Assembly (NCBI GenBank): GCA_035539655.1
Contig: DATLIC010000119.1
Location: 29,257-93,256, forward strand
Direction: 5' to 3'
Origin: Kofleriaceae bacterium
GTDB taxonomy: Bacteria; Myxococcota_A; Polyangia; Haliangiales; Haliangiaceae
Length of the DNA: 64,000 nt
Made by a program: the position numbers and the translations under genes. Shown piece after piece: positions 9,521 to 20,027 of the stretch. The stretch's first letter is position 1. Every line of letters starts with the position of its first letter. The notes under the pieces were generated by a model. The model made no database searches, had not been told where the DNA came from, and saw only the letters and a list, made by a program, of their open reading frames with translations.

Positions 9521-10568
9521 CGCGCGGTCGCCGTCCGTACGGCGGCAGCAGGTGGCGCACGCCGTGGCCGACCGCGATCGACAGGAACACCAGGTTGCGC
9601 GCCAGCGCGAGCGGGTAGGGCACGCGCGGCAGCGCCTCGCCTGCGGTGGCCGCCCGCGCCAGGCGACGCAGCCACGCGATCGACCGCGGCCAGTCCCACA
9701 CGCCGTCGACCCAGGCCGGCGGGAGCCCGGCCGCGCCATGACGGATGCCCGCCAGCGCGCCGACCAGCGCCGCCGTCGAGTCGGTGTCGCCGCCGAGCGC
9801 GATCACCGCGGCGATCGCCTGCCCGGGATCGCCGGGGTGGCGCAGCCAGGCCCACAGCACGGCCGCGAGCGTATGCGGCGCGTAGCCACTCGCCCCGCGC
9901 TCGAGCCCGAGCGCGGCCAGGCGCCGCGGATCGTCGAGCGCGCCGGCGACGCCGTCGAGGACGCGGGCGATGGTCGGCTCGGCCACCGCCAGCGCGTCGA
10001 GGGTGCGCGCGCCGAGCGGGGCGCCGCTGGCCGCGAGCGCGGCGGCCGCGGCGATCACCTGCGCGGCGGCCTCGGCGCGCGGATCGGTGTGGGTCACGCG
10101 CGTCGACGCTCGCACCAGGGCGACCCGGTGGTCGGGATCGCGCGCGAACAGCGCGATCGCGGGGGCGCGGATCAGCGGGCCGTTGCCGGCCGAGCGCACG
10201 CCGCTGGTCGCCGGCGACCAGCCCAGGCACAGCTTCACGCACGCGCGCAGGGTCGCCCATCCCGTCGCCGGCGGCAGCGCCACGAACCACCCGCGCAGGC
10301 CGCGGGCGACCTCGCGCGCGAAGCGGTCGGGCTCGCCGCCCGATCGCACCAGCGCGGTGACGGTGAGCGCGGCGTGCTCGGTGTCGTCGCTGATCATGCC
10401 GCGCCGGCCGAGCCAGCCGTGGACAAGCTGTCCGCCGGACCAGCGCGCCGCGCGCCACGGTGGCAAGCCTTCGCGCGGCAAGCCGAGCGCGTCACCCACG
10501 GCGGCACCGAGCAGGAGACCTTCGAGTCGAGCGTGCACCTGGAGCGGCATGGTGCGCTGCCGGTGCAC
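9492..10568 (-). CDS. ADP-ribosylglycohydrolase family protein
   Basis: LLLGAAVGDALGLPREG near the N-terminus and GGDTDSTAALVGALAG near the C-terminus are hallmark ARH/DraG-family motifs. The start is either GTG 10568 or ATG 10550 (MPLQVH...). The 3' end overlaps the convergent AKR gene by 29 nt. Confidence 0.85.
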   Translation of the reverse strand: MHRQRTMPLQVHARLEGLLLGAAVGDALGLPREGLPPWRAARWSGGQLVHGWLGRRGMISDDTEHAALTVTALVRSGGEPDRFAREVARGLRGWFVALPPATGWATLRACVKLCLGWSPATSGVRSAGNGPLIRAPAIALFARDPDHRVALVRASTRVTHTDPRAEAAAQVIAAAAALAASGAPLGARTLDALAVAEPTIARVLDGVAGALDDPRRLAALGLERGASGYAPHTLAAVLWAWLRHPGDPGQAIAAVIALGGDTDSTAALVGALAGIRHGAAGLPPAWVDGVWDWPRSIAWLRRLARAATAGEALPRVPYPLALARNLVFLSIAVGHGVRHLLPPYGRRPRATSRPAPGP

Positions 10569-10619
10569 GGCGCGTGCCGCGATCGGCGAACCCGCTCCCC
10601 ACTCGAAGTGGGACGCGCG

Positions 10620-12395
10620 TCAGGTGGCGGCCCGGCCGATCGCGCCGAGGTTGGGCGAGGCGAGCACGTCCTCGATCTTGGCGAGCAGCGAGGCGCGATC
10701 GAACGGTTTGGCGACGAAGTGGACGCCCTCGGCCAGGACGCCGCGCTGGGACAGGCGATCCTCGGCGTAGCCCGACACGAACAGCACGCGCAGCTCGGCG
10801 TGGAGCGCGCGCAGGTGGGCGGCCAGCTCGGTGCCGGGCAGGTCGGCCATGACGACGTCGGTGATGAGCAGGGCCGGCGGCTGCGGCGCGCGGGTGCAGG
10901 CGGCGATCGCCTCGGCGGCCGAGCCGACCGCGGTGACGCGGTGCCCGCCGTCGGTGACGATCGCCGCGATCGCGGCGCGGACCAGCGCGTCGTCGTCGAC
11001 GACCAGGACGTCGGCGCCGGCGGCCGAGGCGGGCGGCGCCTCGCGGTCGGGTGGGATCACGGCGACCGGGACCGCGACCGGCTCGGCCTCGGGGAGGACG
11101 ACCGTGAACGTGGTGCCGGCGCCGATCTCGGTGTCGATCACGATCGAGCCGCCGACCTGGTTGACGATGCCCTCGACCGTGGCGAGGCCGAGGCCGGTGC
11201 CCTTGCCGAGCTCCTTGGTGGTGAAGAACGGCTCGAACAGCCGGTCGCGGACCTCGGGGGTGATGCCGCAGCCGGTGTCGGTCACGGCGAGGAACACGGC
11301 GGACCGGTCGCCGGCGAGCGTGGTGCGCGCCCGCAGCTCCGCGGGCGCGACGCCGATCCGGATCCCGAGCGCGCCGCCGTCGGGCATGGCGTCGCGGCCG
11401 TTGGTCACCAGGTTGAGGACGACCTGCTCGAGCTCGGTGCGGTCGGCGCTGACCACCGCCGGCGCCTCGGCCGTCACCTCGAGCCGGATGTCGTCGCCGA
11501 CCAGCTTGGCCAGCAGGCGCTCGAGCTGGTGGACCAGATCGCCGAGCTCGACCCGCTCGAGCGCGCGCAGCTGGCGCCGTCCGGCCGAAAGCAGCTGGCG
11601 GGTGAGCGCCGAGGCCCGGTTGGCGGCCTCGCGGATGTTGTCGGCGGCGGCCGCGGTCGTGGTCGACCGGTCGCGGGCGGTGAGCCGGGTCACCTCGGCG
11701 AAGATCACGGTGAGCACGTTGTTGAAGTCGTGGGCGACGCCGGCGGCCAGCCGGCCCACGCCCTCGAGCCGGCGGGCCTGGATCAGGCGGCGCTCGAGCT
11801 CCTCGCGTGCGCGCTGGGCCTCGACCGCCTTCAGCCGCGACTCGCGGACGATGCGGAGCGCGACGTTCAACATCGCGCCGATCACGATCAGCGAGATCGC
11901 GGCGACCAGCCACACCTGGGGCGGGCCCTCGCTGGTCGCGGGCGGCAGCCACCCGAGGTCGCCGAGCAGCAGCACGCCGACCATGCCGGCCGAGGCCGCC
12001 CCGGCGGTGAGGATCGCCGCCCGGCCGCCGAGCGTCAGCCCGGTGAACAGCACGATCGGCGCGAGCACGAAGCCGGCGGGCGACAGGCTCCCACCGGCGA
12101 CCGCGAGCGCCATCAGGACGATCGCGACGTAGACCACCGTGAACATCACCAGGCCGACCCGGGTCGCGCCGCGCCGGATCAGCGCCAGCGCGGTCAGGTG
12201 GGCGACCAGCATCAGCGCGTACGGCGCGTGGTTGGTCACCGGCCGCGGCGACAGCGCGATCGACAGCACCAGCCCGACCGCGAGCAGGCCGGTGCCGACC
12301 AGCAGGATCGCGCGCGCGGTGCCGGCGCGCTCCGCGCGCTCGACCTGGTCGAGGTCCCCGGCCTGGGCAGGATCGCTCGGCTCCACCATCCGCAC
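10620..12395 (-). CDS. Membrane hybrid sensor histidine kinase with C-terminal receiver domain
   Basis: The N-terminus has several TM helices. It carries the HisKA H-box (AAGVAHDFNNVL), HATPase_c N/G boxes (LNLVTNGRDAM, DTGCGI, GTGLGLATV) and a REC domain (VLVVDDD...ITDVVMADL...KPF). The start is GTG 12395 or ATG 12389. Confidence 0.9.
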   Translation of the reverse strand: MRMVEPSDPAQAGDLDQVERAERAGTARAILLVGTGLLAVGLVLSIALSPRPVTNHAPYALMLVAHLTALALIRRGATRVGLVMFTVVYVAIVLMALAVAGGSLSPAGFVLAPIVLFTGLTLGGRAAILTAGAASAGMVGVLLLGDLGWLPPATSEGPPQVWLVAAISLIVIGAMLNVALRIVRESRLKAVEAQRAREELERRLIQARRLEGVGRLAAGVAHDFNNVLTVIFAEVTRLTARDRSTTTAAAADNIREAANRASALTRQLLSAGRRQLRALERVELGDLVHQLERLLAKLVGDDIRLEVTAEAPAVVSADRTELEQVVLNLVTNGRDAMPDGGALGIRIGVAPAELRARTTLAGDRSAVFLAVTDTGCGITPEVRDRLFEPFFTTKELGKGTGLGLATVEGIVNQVGGSIVIDTEIGAGTTFTVVLPEAEPVAVPVAVIPPDREAPPASAAGADVLVVDDDALVRAAIAAIVTDGGHRVTAVGSAAEAIAACTRAPQPPALLITDVVMADLPGTELAAHLRALHAELRVLFVSGYAEDRLSQRGVLAEGVHFVAKPFDRASLLAKIEDVLASPNLGAIGRAAT

Positions 12396-12452
12396 CGAGC
12401 CTAGCCCCGGACGGGACCGCGAGCAGGTCGTGACGCGGACGACGCCGAAACT

Positions 12453-14150
12453 TCAGCAGAAGGCGCGCATGAAGTGCAGCCGTTGCTCGTGGGTCCCTAG
12501 CATCAGCAGCTCGCCGTCGGCCGGCAGCGGCGTCTCCGGGCTCGGTCCGGTGATCACCTCGCTGCCCGAGCGGACCGCGATCACGTTGGCGCCGCAGGTC
12601 GCGCCGATCGCGCACGCCTGCAGGGTCCGCCCGGCGCAGCTCGGCGGCACGCCGACGTCGAACAGCTCCAGGCTGGCGCCGAACATCAGCACGCCACGAC
12701 CCTGGAGGATCGAGAACACCGACTCGGCGCCGAGCGACGAGTAGCTGAGGACGAAGTCGGCGCCGGCGCGGTGGATCGCGTCCAGGTTCTGCTCCTGGGT
12801 CAGACGGCTGATGATCCGCAGCGACGGGTTGAGTCGGCGGCAGTAGACCGTCAGGTAGATGTTGATCGAGTCGTCGTTGGTGGTCAGGATCACCGCCGGC
12901 GCGCGCTCGAGCCCGGCCGCGCGCAGGACCTCGCGATCGGCCGCGTCGCCGGTGAACACGCGGTCGGCGACGTCACCGAGGTGGGCGGTCAGCTGCGGAT
13001 CGCGCTCGACCAGGTGGACCGGGACGCCCCGCGCCTTGAGTCGCCGCGCCGCGGCCGCGCCGACCTTGCCGCCGCCGATGACCACGGTCGGGGAGTAGTT
13101 GGTGTCGTAGATGACGAGCAGGGTGTTGAGCTCGAGGATCTGGGCCGGGGTCCCGATCACCACCGGGACGCTGGCCTCAGACAGCACGTGGTCGGGCGAG
13201 GCGGTCTCGAACCGGCCGCGCTCCCACACGCCGACCACGCTGACTCCGATCCGGCGGCGCAGCGCGAGGTCGCGCAGGCTGCGGCCGACCAGGGGCGTCC
13301 CGTGGACCGGGAACTCGCCGATCTCGAGGTCGCGGTAGCGGCCGAGGATGTGGACCTCGGCGTGGCCGGCGTTGACCCGGTTGGCGAGCTGCTCGCCGAG
13401 CCGATGCTTGATCGGCAGCACGTGGCTGGCGCCCGACAGCTCGAGGATGTCGATCGCGTCCTCGTTGTCGGCGGTCGCGATGACCTCGAGCGTCGGCACC
13501 AGGTGGCGCACGGTGAGCACCACGTTGGTGTTGCGGGCGTCGTCGAGGTTGGCGATCACGGCGCGGGCTCGGCTGGCGACGACCGCGGTCCAGGTCGCGG
13601 CCTCCTGCGGATCGCCGGTCACCACCGGCACGCCGTCGGCGTGGAGGTTGGCCGCGGTGGCGGGATCCTGCTCGAGCACGAAGTGCGGGATCTTGGCCAG
13701 CTGGAGCCGCTCGACCAGGTCGCGCGCGATCGCCTCGGGCTTGCAGATCAGCACGTGGCCGCTGGTCTCCGGCGGCAGGGTCCGGGGCGCGCGCAGGCGG
13801 AGCTGGGCCTCGAGCCACGGCGCGTAGAAGAAGCGGATGAACGCGAACGGCAGCACGATCAGCAGCATGAAGATGCCGCTGACCAGGACGACGATGCTGA
13901 ACAGCCGGCCGAGGTCGCTCTGGAACGTGATGTCGCCGAAGCCGAGCGTGCTCATCACGGTCAGGGTCCAGTACACGCCGGTCAGCCACGAGTGGTCCTG
14001 ACCCTCGCGGTCCATCAGCACGTGGAACAGCACCGAGTAGACCGCGATCATCGCGAGCAGCAGGAGGAGCAGGTTGCTCAGCCGCGCCAGGTTCTGGCGC
14101 AGGAGCGGCTGCTTGAGCAGGTAGGTCAGCTGGCTGACGACGAACTTCAC
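12453..14150 (-). CDS. Potassium channel protein with tandem RCK (TrkA-N/TrkA-C) domains
   Basis: Two TM helices flank a K+ selectivity-filter-like TLGFGD. These are followed by two Rossmann-like RCK modules (VLICK..., VVIGGGKVG) and TrkA-C-like segments. Confidence 0.9.
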   Translation of the reverse strand: MKFVVSQLTYLLKQPLLRQNLARLSNLLLLLLAMIAVYSVLFHVLMDREGQDHSWLTGVYWTLTVMSTLGFGDITFQSDLGRLFSIVVLVSGIFMLLIVLPFAFIRFFYAPWLEAQLRLRAPRTLPPETSGHVLICKPEAIARDLVERLQLAKIPHFVLEQDPATAANLHADGVPVVTGDPQEAATWTAVVASRARAVIANLDDARNTNVVLTVRHLVPTLEVIATADNEDAIDILELSGASHVLPIKHRLGEQLANRVNAGHAEVHILGRYRDLEIGEFPVHGTPLVGRSLRDLALRRRIGVSVVGVWERGRFETASPDHVLSEASVPVVIGTPAQILELNTLLVIYDTNYSPTVVIGGGKVGAAAARRLKARGVPVHLVERDPQLTAHLGDVADRVFTGDAADREVLRAAGLERAPAVILTTNDDSINIYLTVYCRRLNPSLRIISRLTQEQNLDAIHRAGADFVLSYSSLGAESVFSILQGRGVLMFGASLELFDVGVPPSCAGRTLQACAIGATCGANVIAVRSGSEVITGPSPETPLPADGELLMLGTHEQRLHFMRAFC

Positions 14151-14166
14151 GACCGCGCGCTCGATC

Positions 14167-14747
14167 TTACCCCGCCAGCAGCACGGTGATCTCGTCGAGC
14201 TGGCGGCCGTCGACCAGGCCGGCGGCGACCGCGCCGAGGGTGGCGTGGACGCGCACGCCGGGCGGGGGCGTGCCGTCGGTGTGGACGACGGCGGCGGCGA
14301 GCAGCGCCGGATCGCAGACCACGCCGGGATCGAGCGCGGTCAGGTGGGTGCCGCCGCGGAACCACTCGCGGCGCAGCGCCACCGGGCCGCGGGCGACCAC
14401 GATGTCGGCGGCGCAGGCCTCGGCCAGCGACCCGACCCGACCGCCGACGCCATCGGCGGTGCGGGCGGCCTCGACCGGGACCGCCTCGAACACCCGCAAC
14501 TCGCGCGGGGCTGCGTAGGCGCGCTGGCCGGCGACGATCCACGGCGCCAGCTCGCCGAGGCCGATGAGCGCCATCGATCGCGGCGTGCCGACGGCGAGGA
14601 ACTTGGCCGCCACCGCGGCCCGCCCGGCCGCGACCTCGGCGTCGGTCAGCGACGCCGCGAGCGGCGGCGCCGGCCGGCCGAGCGCGCCGGCGACCAGCGC
14701 CGCCTCGACGACGTCGAGCCAGCGGCGCGCGGCGGCGGGGTCGAGCA

Positions 14748-14748
<1 letters not shown>
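14167..14748 (-). CDS. Short ornithine cyclodeaminase/mu-crystallin-like Rossmann protein
   Basis: ATG 14748 overlaps the asnS stop (ATGA). The 193 aa include MALIGLGELA (GxGxxA), ADIVVARGP and WFRGGTHLTALD, resembling the NAD-binding half of the OCD family. The upstream part of track ORF 14167..16164 is off-frame asnS. Confidence 0.6.
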
Positions 14749-16145
<1,397 letters not shown>

Positions 16146-16189
16146 GGCGTCTGGCGTTTAGCACGGTTCACCGCCGCCCGACCGCTGCG

Positions 16190-16514
16190 GCCCTGCGATA
16201 TAGTGAGGACGTGGCCCGTCCCACCACGGGGGCCCCAGCGACCACAGGGAGCGGTCAACAATGACGCACGGGGTTCGGGGTCTCGGGTCGGGTGCGGGGT
16301 CGAGCGGGCTGCGATTCGTACGGCGCGCGAAGCCTGCGTTATAGTCGCGGCGTGGCTCGTCCCACCACGGGGGCCCCAGCGACCGCAGGGAGCGGTCAAC
16401 AATGACGCAGGGGGTTCGGGGTCTCGGGTCAGGTGCGGGGTCGAGCGGGCTGCGATTCGTACGGCGCGCGAAGCCTGCGTTATAGTCGCCGCGTGGCTCG
16501 TCCCACCACGGGGG
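16190..16514. repeat. Tandem direct repeat, 141-bp unit, about 2.3 copies, in the divergent asnS / kinase-like intergenic region
   Basis: Units start at 16211, 16352 and 16493 (gtggcYcgtcccaccacggggg...). Units 1 and 2 differ at only a handful of positions. A degenerate partial unit lies at 16190-16210, and the third copy ends at 16514 where unique sequence begins. Confidence 0.95.
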
Positions 16515-18712
16515 TTCGATCACTGGCCGGGTTCACCCTCGGCGAGCCGCTCGGCCGCGACATCTACGGCGAGGTCCATCAGGCCACCGGCGAGGGCAGG
16601 CGCGACGTCCGCCTCCTCGTCGTCGAGCCGCGCCTCGCCGCCGACGAGGCGTTCGGCGACGCGCTGTCGCGCGGCACCGCGCCGCTGCTCGGCTCGTTCA
16701 AGCACCGCGCGGTGGTCCCCACCATCGTCGTCGCCCGCGACGGCAAGAGCCTGGTCGTGGTCACCGAGGGCGTCGCCGGCGGCACCGCCCTCGCCGACGT
16801 GCTGGCCCGCGCCCGCGCCCGCGGCGGCAAGGCGCCGACCCGGGTCGCCGCCGCGATCTGCCGCGCGGTGATCGACGGCCTGGCCGATGCCCACCTCGCC
16901 GGCATCGTCCACGGCGCGGTCCACCCGCGCAGCGTGCTGATCGCGCGCGACGGCACCGTGCGGCTGACCGACTTCGCGGTCGGGTTCGCGGCGATGTCGG
17001 CGGCGGCGGCCGGCTCCGAGGCGATGCCGCTCAAGGGCCTGGCCGGCTACCTCGCGCCCGAGCTCGCCCTCGGCGATTCCCCGACCCCGGCCGCCGACGT
17101 CTACGCGGTCGGCGCGTTGTTGTACACGATGCTGACCGGCGAGACGCCGCCGGGCTCGCTCAACACGTCGCCGGCGGTCGAGCGCCTGGTCCAGCGCGCG
17201 CTCGACACCGATCTCGCCCGCCGGTTCGGCGACGGCATCGCGCTGCAGGAGAACTTCGTCGAGGCGCTCGAGGACGATCGCTGGGAGGTCGCGACGCCGG
17301 CCGAGGTCGCCCGCTTCGTCGACGAGGTGGGCGCGGACGGCCCCGAGCCGAACCTCGACGCCGCCACCGAGGACCTGCTGGCCAGCCTCGATGGCTCGCT
17401 CGACGTCACCCGCCCGCCGAGCGACGACCTGATCCGGCCGGTCACCGGCAGCGGCAAGATCGACTCGGTGCTGTCCGAGCTCGAGGACGCGCCCGAGCTG
17501 AGCGACCCCAGCATCGACGGTCCGCACACGGTGGTCGACGAGCTCCTCGGCCAGGCCGGGCGCGATCCGATCTCGGAGCTGCTCGCCCTCGAGGCCGACC
17601 AGCTGCCCACCAACATCGTCGAGCCCGGCGGTGGCCGGCCGCTCGAGACCGCGTCGGACGAGCACACGCCGCTGCCGCCGCCGCAGCCCGACGAGCCGGG
17701 GACGTTGACCCGCGAGGGCAGCGATCTGCGGCCGGCGCCGCGCCGGCCCGAGCCAGCGCCGGCACCGTCGCGGCTGGTCGAGGCGACCCGGCCCAAGGGC
17801 CAGCCGGCCCCGAGCGCGCCGTCGGCCGCCGCCGACGAAGCCGACGACGAGGACGCCGCGCCCGCGCCCGCGCGGGAGGCGACGCCGGCGCCTGCGCCGG
17901 CGCGCCGGTTCGTCCGGCCGGCGGACGACGTCGAACCGGTCGAGCCGCCGGCGCTCAAGCGCAGCCCGGTGTGGGCGTGGCTCGGGCTGGCCGCCGTGCT
18001 CGCGGGCGGCGGCCTGCTGTTCTGGAAGATCCGCAAGAACGCCGACGCGATCGGCGAGGGCGAGCAGGCCGCCAAGGCGGCGCGCGACAAGAAGGATCGC
18101 GAGAACGCCGAGCTCGAGCGCCGGCTTCGCGCCGAGCAGGCCGATCCGGGGACGATCGTGATCACGTCGCAGCCCGAGGGCGGCGCGGTGTGGCTGCTGC
18201 TCGGCCGCACGCCGTTCGACTCGATCCCGCTGGCCACCGACAACGTGTGGGAGATGCGGGTCGAGCTCGAGGGCTACCTGCCGCAGGACGTGCGGGTCGG
18301 CGGCAGCGGGTGGTCGGGGCCCAAGGAGGACCGCAAGGCCTCGATCGACGTCAAGCTCGACATCGGCACCCCGGCCAAGCCGCTGCCGGCCATCCCGGCG
18401 GCGCCGCCGGCCTCCGATACCGCCGGCCTGAGCGAGGGCTCGGGCACGCTGCACGCGGTGTCGAACCCGCCCGGCGCGGCGGTGTGGCTGCTGGTCGGCC
18501 AGACCAACAAGATGGCGCTCGCCGGCATCGAGGCCGGGCGCGACTACGAGCTCAAGGTCGTCAAGGACGGGTTCCTGCCCGGGTTCGTCCGCATCGCCGC
18601 CGAGGAGTGGCGCTACGGCGGCGATCCGCGCCTGCCGCTGTCGGCGGCGCCCAAGCGCGAGACGATCGAGCGGCCGGTCGAGCTGGTGCCGCAGCCGCCC
18701 GCGCGCAAGTGA
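16493..18712 (+). CDS. Ser/Thr protein-kinase-like (predicted pseudokinase) membrane protein with two C-terminal PEGA domains
   Basis: It has a kinase-fold region (LGRDIYGEV...HGAVHPRSVLI...LTDFAVG...YLAPE...DVYAVGALLYTMLTG) and an acidic/Pro-rich linker. A TM helix (VWAWLGLAAVLAGGGLLFW) is followed by two PEGA-like modules (ITSQPEGGAVWLLLGRTP, AVSNPPGAAVWLLVGQTN). The start is taken as GTG 16493, 6 nt after a TATAGT; the track start at GTG 16433 lies inside the repeat. Confidence 0.85.
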   Translation: MARPTTGVRSLAGFTLGEPLGRDIYGEVHQATGEGRRDVRLLVVEPRLAADEAFGDALSRGTAPLLGSFKHRAVVPTIVVARDGKSLVVVTEGVAGGTALADVLARARARGGKAPTRVAAAICRAVIDGLADAHLAGIVHGAVHPRSVLIARDGTVRLTDFAVGFAAMSAAAAGSEAMPLKGLAGYLAPELALGDSPTPAADVYAVGALLYTMLTGETPPGSLNTSPAVERLVQRALDTDLARRFGDGIALQENFVEALEDDRWEVATPAEVARFVDEVGADGPEPNLDAATEDLLASLDGSLDVTRPPSDDLIRPVTGSGKIDSVLSELEDAPELSDPSIDGPHTVVDELLGQAGRDPISELLALEADQLPTNIVEPGGGRPLETASDEHTPLPPPQPDEPGTLTREGSDLRPAPRRPEPAPAPSRLVEATRPKGQPAPSAPSAAADEADDEDAAPAPAREATPAPAPARRFVRPADDVEPVEPPALKRSPVWAWLGLAAVLAGGGLLFWKIRKNADAIGEGEQAAKAARDKKDRENAELERRLRAEQADPGTIVITSQPEGGAVWLLLGRTPFDSIPLATDNVWEMRVELEGYLPQDVRVGGSGWSGPKEDRKASIDVKLDIGTPAKPLPAIPAAPPASDTAGLSEGSGTLHAVSNPPGAAVWLLVGQTNKMALAGIEAGRDYELKVVKDGFLPGFVRIAAEEWRYGGDPRLPLSAAPKRETIERPVELVPQPPARK

Positions 18713-18734
18713 GCCCGGCCGCGAGATCGATGCG

Positions 18735-20027
18735 ATGACGTCCGCGCGCCTGCTCCGGGTCCGTTGCACCACCTGGGATCAGGTCGAGGCGTTCTACCGG
18801 CGCAAGCTGCGCAAGAGCGGGCGCCTCGCCATGCGGGTGCCGTTCGCCGCCGAGGTGGGCACGCCGGTCACGCTCGCGCTCGAGCTGCCCAGCCAGATCC
18901 TGGTCGCGATCGACGGCACCATCGCGTCGGTCGGCGAGCCGGGCAGCGGCCGCGTCGAGGTCCTGCTGTTCGGCATGACCGCGGCGCTGATGGCCCAGCT
19001 CGAGGCGATGGTCAAGCACGGCCGCGCCGCCGGCGGCGACGACGGCGACACCGCCGATGACGAGCGGCGCATGGTGGCGGCGCGCGACGCCGACCTGCGC
19101 CGCATGCGCCAGCTGCCGGCCCACGAGCTGCTCGGCGTGCCGCGCGATCCGTCGGCGCTCGAGCTGCGCGCGGCGTGGCTGGCGGTCGCGCGCCGCGAGC
19201 ACCCCGACGCGGTCGCGCGGCTGGGCTCGGCGGCGCTCACCGCGGCCGCCGAGGACGCGATGAGCCTGATCGCGCGCGCCTACGATCACCTGCGGGCCGA
19301 GGTCGTGGCCGCCGGCCGCGGCACGGCGATCGGCGCCACCGTCCGGCCGGTGGCGACCTGGGCGGTCGGGGTCGACGACCTCGCCGGCGCGTCGGGGTTC
19401 TTCGCCGAGGCGGTGACGCCGCCGATCGACAGCTCGGCGATCGACGTGACGCTCGACGCGTCGAGCGCGGCGCTGCGGGTGCCGGCGATCGCGGCCGGCG
19501 CGGGCGGGGACGTGCTCGACGACGTCCTGCCCGAGGTCGCCGGCGGCCGGCCCAACTCGGCCGCCGAGGAGCTGTCGCTGCCCGCGGTGGTCACGCCGGT
19601 GCCGGCGCCCGGCTCGGTCGCGGTCCGGTTCGGCACCGGCGACCTGTTCGGCGATCTCGATCCGGTCCCGGTCGCGGGCGCGGCGCCGATCGCGGTCGAC
19701 GAGTCGCTCGCCCGCGCCCGCACCGGCCCCGGCGATCGCTTCCTGCGCCAGATCCGCGAGCGGCTCGGCGCCGGCGATCACGGCGGCGCCCAGCAGATCG
19801 CCGAGGCGGCGCTGCACGTCTACGCCGGCGACTCGCGGCTGCACGGCCTGCAGCAGGTCGCGGCCGCGATGGCGGCGTGCGCGCGCAACGATCGCCACGG
19901 CGCCGTGGCCGCGCTCGAGCGGGCGCTGTCGCACGATCCGGCCTCGGCCGAGGCGGCGGCCGCGCTCGAGACCGTCCGCCGTGCGGTCACGCCGACCGTG
20001 CTGGCGATCCAGAGGTTGTTCCGGTGA
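18735..20027 (+). CDS. J-domain protein with N-terminal PilZ-like (myxobacterial TIGR02266-type, tentative) domain and C-terminal TPR-like region
   Basis: 430-aa ORF. The J-domain signature includes HPD (HELLGVPRDPSALELRAAWLAVARREHPDAV). The N-terminus is RVRCTTWDQVEAFYRRKL...VGTPVTLALELP. The stop overlaps the next gene's start (GTGA). Confidence 0.8.
   Translation: MTSARLLRVRCTTWDQVEAFYRRKLRKSGRLAMRVPFAAEVGTPVTLALELPSQILVAIDGTIASVGEPGSGRVEVLLFGMTAALMAQLEAMVKHGRAAGGDDGDTADDERRMVAARDADLRRMRQLPAHELLGVPRDPSALELRAAWLAVARREHPDAVARLGSAALTAAAEDAMSLIARAYDHLRAEVVAAGRGTAIGATVRPVATWAVGVDDLAGASGFFAEAVTPPIDSSAIDVTLDASSAALRVPAIAAGAGGDVLDDVLPEVAGGRPNSAAEELSLPAVVTPVPAPGSVAVRFGTGDLFGDLDPVPVAGAAPIAVDESLARARTGPGDRFLRQIRERLGAGDHGGAQQIAEAALHVYAGDSRLHGLQQVAAAMAACARNDRHGAVAALERALSHDPASAEAAAALETVRRAVTPTVLAIQRLFR

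Noticed and set aside
7766-9739. The 657-aa track ORF suggesting a large fusion protein upstream of the HAD phosphatase. Similar composite ORFs are 14167..16164, 21990..23765, 24913..27357, 39639..42722, 19175..21412, 19981..21861 and 44206..50289.
   Set aside because: Only the C-terminal segments have protein-like composition and family motifs. The N-terminal extensions are Arg-rich read-through of antisense or out-of-frame neighbouring genes, and internal ATG/GTG starts coincide with stop-start overlaps of the upstream genes.
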